Assembly (NCBI GenBank): GCA_014191035.1
Contig: BJGX01000001.1
Span: 24,187-88,186 of the forward strand
DNA from: Candidatus Saccharimonadota bacterium
GTDB lineage: Bacteria > Patescibacteriota > Saccharimonadia > CAILAD01 > BJGX01
Direction of reading: 5' to 3'
Length of the DNA stretch: 64,000 bases
Position numbers and translations under genes: made by a program. Position 1 is the stretch's first letter; the number at the start of each line of letters is the position of its first letter. Below, in pieces: positions 60,578-64,000 of the stretch. The notes under the pieces are model-generated. The model ran no database searches. It saw only the letters and a list, made by a program, of their open reading frames with translations, and was not told the origin of the DNA.

Positions 60578-60922
60578 TTAGCCGAGAGCGCCGTCAGGCG
60601 CGGGGCACTTGCCCTCGACTGTGAGCGAGTCCATGAACTCGCTGAGACTCGGCGTCTCGAGCGGGTAGCCGATACGGTCGAGCTCAAGATCAAGTTCGAA
60701 CTTACGAAGCTCAAACTTATTGATGAGGTTGTCACGGCGGGTGCTTGGTCCAGTGTTGCAGACCTTGCGCGCAAGCTTTGCCTGAGCACTGAGTTCCTCA
60801 ACCTGTCGCAGTGCGACAGTTGAGACTCCCGAGTAGCCACCGGCTGAAGCCGAAGAGCCACCCATGACTCCGCCGAAGATCAGCGCCAGGATGGCGCACA
60901 CCATGATGATGGCAGCGGCCAT
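60578..60922 (-). CDS. High-GC hypothetical membrane-anchored protein (114 aa from MAAAIIMV; the track ORF extends to 60997).
   Basis: GC3 about 70% versus a ~38% genome background; N-terminal TM helix. Confidence 0.5.
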   Translation of the reverse strand: MAAAIIMVCAILALIFGGVMGGSSASAGGYSGVSTVALRQVEELSAQAKLARKVCNTGPSTRRDNLINKFELRKFELDLELDRIGYPLETPSLSEFMDSLTVEGKCPAPDGALG

Positions 60923-61062
60923 CTTTTGCTTCTTGTTCAAAGGATTTTCCCCTGTTCCATCCAAGCAGGGTTGCTCAGAAGTCCTATATACTACCATAAA
61001 AACTATAAAAAGTCAATATATTTATACTTATAATCACCTTGAATAACGTGTATGATATATAG

Positions 61063-63210
61063 ATGAGTAAATTATTCGAAGGCTTAAACAAAGCCCAGGC
61101 CGAAGCCGTAGAAATGACTGAGGGCCCTATACTGATGCTTGCGGGTGCCGGTAGTGGTAAGACCAAAACACTAACCCACCGCATTGCATATTTGATATCT
61201 GAACGTAAAATACCACCTTCAAATATCTTGGCTGTGACTTTTACAAATAAGGCCGCCGGCGAAATGCGTTCTAGGGTTTCGGGGCTTTTAGGGTTTGATG
61301 AGGCTGGCGCAAACCCAATTCCCTTTCTGGGAACCTTTCATTCTATAGCCAACCGAATACTTAGGCGTGAGGCCGACAGAGTCGGTATGGGTAGTAATTT
61401 TTTAATATATGATTCGGGTGATTCCCAGGCTCTAATTAAAAAAATTCTAAAGTCGATGCATGTTAGCGATAAGGCAATTACACCATCGGGAATTGCATGG
61501 AATATATCTTCAGCCAAGAATGAACTGATTGGGCCAGAGAAATATCGTAGTATGGCGAGCAATCAGATGCAGTTAATGGCCGCTGAAGTTTACCCAATCT
61601 ATCAGCGCGAACTTCGTAAGGCCAAGGCGTTTGATTTCGATGATCTTATAATGGAGCTAGTAAAGCTATTTAAAACCGAAGCAGATATATTAGAAAAATA
61701 TCAGAATCAGTTTCAGTACATATTGGTAGATGAGTATCAGGACACAAATAGGTCTCAATATGAGCTAATAAAGCTATTGGCTCAAAAACATAATAACTTA
61801 TGCGTAGTTGGTGATGACTGGCAAAGTATTTATTCATGGCGAGGAGCAAATTACCAAAATATTTTGAACTTCGAAGAAGATTATCCACAAGCTAAGGTAA
61901 TAAAACTAGAGCAGAATTATAGATCTACGCAGACTATTCTAGACGCCGCACACTCAGTAATAACTAAAAATCTATCACGTAGCAGTAAAAAACTATGGAC
62001 TGATTTGGGGCTAGGCGAGAAGGTCCATGTCGCGTCTGTACAAGACGAAATGGCCGAGGGCAGGACAATAATTCAGACTATAGAACGTTTAAGGGGGATG
62101 AACCCCAAGCTTCGCTTAAGTGACTTTGCTGTTTTGTACAGAACAAATGCCCAGTCTAGAAGCTTGGAAGAAAGTTTTCTTCGCTATAACATCCCCTACC
62201 AAGTGATTGGTGGAACAAGGTTCTATGACAGGCGAGAAGTTAAGGATATTTTGGCTTATATGCGTGTTATTTTTCAGCCCAATGACCTGGTAAGTTTAAC
62301 TAGAATACTAAATGTTCCGACTAGGGGAGTTGGAGCCAAGAGTGTTTCTGCGATAATTGATTATTTAGAAAAGTATGAAGCAGATACTTTAGAAACAATG
62401 GCAAACCCAAGTGTTATTTCGGGGCTAAAAGGCAGGGCACTAAAAGAAATAGAGAAACTTGGAATTATATTAACAGAATTAAAAATGCAAGAAGCATTGA
62501 GCGTTTATGATCTAATGGACACATTAATTAAGAGAATCGATTATCTAAGCTATCTGCAGGATGGAACCATTTCGGCAGAGGATAGAATTGAGAACGTACA
62601 AGAGTTATTGGGCGTAGCAAAAGTTTATAAAGATTTAGACTTAGAGACATTTTTGACCGAGATAGCATTGGTATCTGATTTAGACTCGCATGACGGAATG
62701 AAAGATTCGGTTAGCTTAATGACGCTCCATTCCGCAAAAGGCTTGGAATTTGAAGTTGTCTTTATGGTGGGTATGGAGGAGGGTATATTTCCACATTCCA
62801 GAACATTTTTTGAACCTGATGAATTAGAAGAGGAAAGGCGACTTTGTTATGTAGGTATGACCAGGGCCAAACAGCAACTATATATGCTTCATGCCTCTTC
62901 GAGGATGTTATATGGAAACACTCAACATAATGTACCATCAAGATTCATATCGGATATACCAGAAGAAATGATTGAAGAACCCATTGGATCTAATATTGGA
63001 AGTTTAGCAACAGCTCGAAGGGAAGCATTTGATAGCGATTTTCCAGAAGAAGTAGAAATGGCACAGGTTGAGCCTGGCGATAATGTTGTTCATCCGGCAT
63101 TTGGAAAGGGCAAAGTAGTATCTGTAAGTGGCGCAGAAGTAGAAGTGCGATTCGATTCCGGAACCAAAAAAACACTCAATCTGCAGTACGCCCCATTAAA
63201 GAAGGTTTAA
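61063..63210 (+). CDS. pcrA: ATP-dependent DNA helicase PcrA/UvrD.
   Basis: Walker A AGAGSGKT, UvrD helicase motifs I-VI, C-terminal domain. Confidence 0.9.
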   Translation: MSKLFEGLNKAQAEAVEMTEGPILMLAGAGSGKTKTLTHRIAYLISERKIPPSNILAVTFTNKAAGEMRSRVSGLLGFDEAGANPIPFLGTFHSIANRILRREADRVGMGSNFLIYDSGDSQALIKKILKSMHVSDKAITPSGIAWNISSAKNELIGPEKYRSMASNQMQLMAAEVYPIYQRELRKAKAFDFDDLIMELVKLFKTEADILEKYQNQFQYILVDEYQDTNRSQYELIKLLAQKHNNLCVVGDDWQSIYSWRGANYQNILNFEEDYPQAKVIKLEQNYRSTQTILDAAHSVITKNLSRSSKKLWTDLGLGEKVHVASVQDEMAEGRTIIQTIERLRGMNPKLRLSDFAVLYRTNAQSRSLEESFLRYNIPYQVIGGTRFYDRREVKDILAYMRVIFQPNDLVSLTRILNVPTRGVGAKSVSAIIDYLEKYEADTLETMANPSVISGLKGRALKEIEKLGIILTELKMQEALSVYDLMDTLIKRIDYLSYLQDGTISAEDRIENVQELLGVAKVYKDLDLETFLTEIALVSDLDSHDGMKDSVSLMTLHSAKGLEFEVVFMVGMEEGIFPHSRTFFEPDELEEERRLCYVGMTRAKQQLYMLHASSRMLYGNTQHNVPSRFISDIPEEMIEEPIGSNIGSLATARREAFDSDFPEEVEMAQVEPGDNVVHPAFGKGKVVSVSGAEVEVRFDSGTKKTLNLQYAPLKKV

Positions 63211-63405
63211 TCTGGATATTTGCTAAAAAAGATCAAATGTATTACTCAATATTAAATTGACAAGCACTTATGCTTAAAGCTAAAATTAACTACGTAAATA
63301 TAAACAAAAACAAAAGCCTTTTATTATCATTAACCAAAGAGGCTTATTATTTTACCTAAGTTTAGTAGAACTTCCGAATATCGTAGAAAAAAACTAAACC
63401 TAACA

Positions 63406-64000
63406 ATGGAGGGAAAGAAACATCGCCCAGTTATGAGCGTTGTAGCTGTTGTCGCCTTGTTTGTCTTTGTTGTATTTTCGGTTGTATTTGGACAATCCCA
63501 AGTATCACTAACAAATACTGCAAAAGCAGAAAATAAAAAATTAGTAACCATTTTTTCAGATGGTAACAAAAAGACTGTTCCCACCGATGCTAAAACTATC
63601 GGAGAGGCCCTTAAATTAAATGGAATTAAGCTTGAGAAAGGGGATGTAGTTGAACCAGTCGCCGAAACTCTACTTGATCAGCCATTTTATAATATAAACG
63701 TTTATAGAGCCTTCCCATCACTCGTTGTGGATGGTGATAAAAAAACAACTGTGTTAAGCGGGTATAGAAGCCCAAGGCAAGTAGTAGCCGCTGCAGGCTT
63801 GAAAGTTTACGACGAAGACAAGGTTAGCCTAGATAGGAGCGATAACTTTGTTTTTGATGGAGTCGTTGGTCAACGAATCAAAATCGACAGAGCTACACCC
63901 GTAGATATACAAATTGGTACAAGAATTTTTGAATTTAGAACATGGAAGAAGACAGTTGGAGAAGTATTACAAGAAAAAGGCTTTAGCGTTAATGAGTCGG
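63406..64000 (+). CDS. DUF348-repeat (ubiquitin-like) protein of the RpfB/YabE family, 3' end beyond the window.
   Basis: N-terminal TM, then two DUF348-like repeats (VTIFSDGNKKTV...; TTVLSGYRSPRQVV...). No stop before the window end. Confidence 0.5.
   Translation, partial: MEGKKHRPVMSVVAVVALFVFVVFSVVFGQSQVSLTNTAKAENKKLVTIFSDGNKKTVPTDAKTIGEALKLNGIKLEKGDVVEPVAETLLDQPFYNINVYRAFPSLVVDGDKKTTVLSGYRSPRQVVAAAGLKVYDEDKVSLDRSDNFVFDGVVGQRIKIDRATPVDIQIGTRIFEFRTWKKTVGEVLQEKGFSVNES

Noticed and set aside
60572-60823. Plus-strand 83-aa ORF inside the high-GC island.
   Set aside because: The minus-strand frame shows GC3 about 70% and a TM helix. The plus-strand frame is the expected antisense open frame of GC-rich DNA.
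63330-63584. Minus-strand ORF 63330-63584.
   Set aside because: Antisense to the plus-strand DUF348-repeat gene that runs to the window end.

Overview
Low-GC (~36-40%) bacterial chromosome segment, densely packed with housekeeping genes, read entirely from sequence and the ORF track. Gene content suggests a reduced-genome Gram-positive-like lineage, most plausibly a Saccharibacteria/CPR-like organism: WhiB-like regulator, sortases, type IV pilin, rny-ymdB, short HrcA and TsaB, many small DUF4190-type membrane proteins. This is an inference, not a database result. Recognisable core genes: partial GT4 glycosyltransferase, GH5-like hydrolase, lexA, tilS-ftsH, murJ, lepA, a CIRCE-controlled hrcA-grpE-dnaK-dnaJ operon, rimK, yebC-ruvC-(2 membrane genes)-ruvA-ruvB, tsaE-tsaB, rny-ymdB-hup, mgtE, sensor kinase-pgk, polysaccharide deacetylase, eno, a hydroxyacid dehydrogenase and a glycerate kinase, pyk-tpiA, ppa and pcrA/uvrD. 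Thirteen tRNA genes sit in four clusters (Asn, two CAT-anticodon, fMet, Lys-TTT, His, Arg-TCT, Gly-TCC, Arg-TCG, Lys-CTT, Pro, Glu). No rRNA, CRISPR array, integrase or transposase was seen. Strongest second-look candidates: (1) an accessory hotspot at tRNA-Asn with a whiB-like gene, a 386-aa orphan protein, a decayed ORF fragment and a GC-elevated VOC gene; (2) a cluster of RimK flanked by two intact class-I amidotransferase/C26-type hydrolases; (3) a ~430-bp ~58% GC island carrying a membrane-anchored orphan gene between ppa and pcrA; (4) a catalytically dead sortase paralogue; (5) a tRNA-Gly(UCC) lacking G18G19 and C56; (6) a 37-bp direct repeat duplicating the tRNA-Glu 3' end; (7) a perfect 16-bp palindrome over the lexA -35 element with a divergent small gene; (8) enolase with a ~145-aa disordered C-terminal tail.
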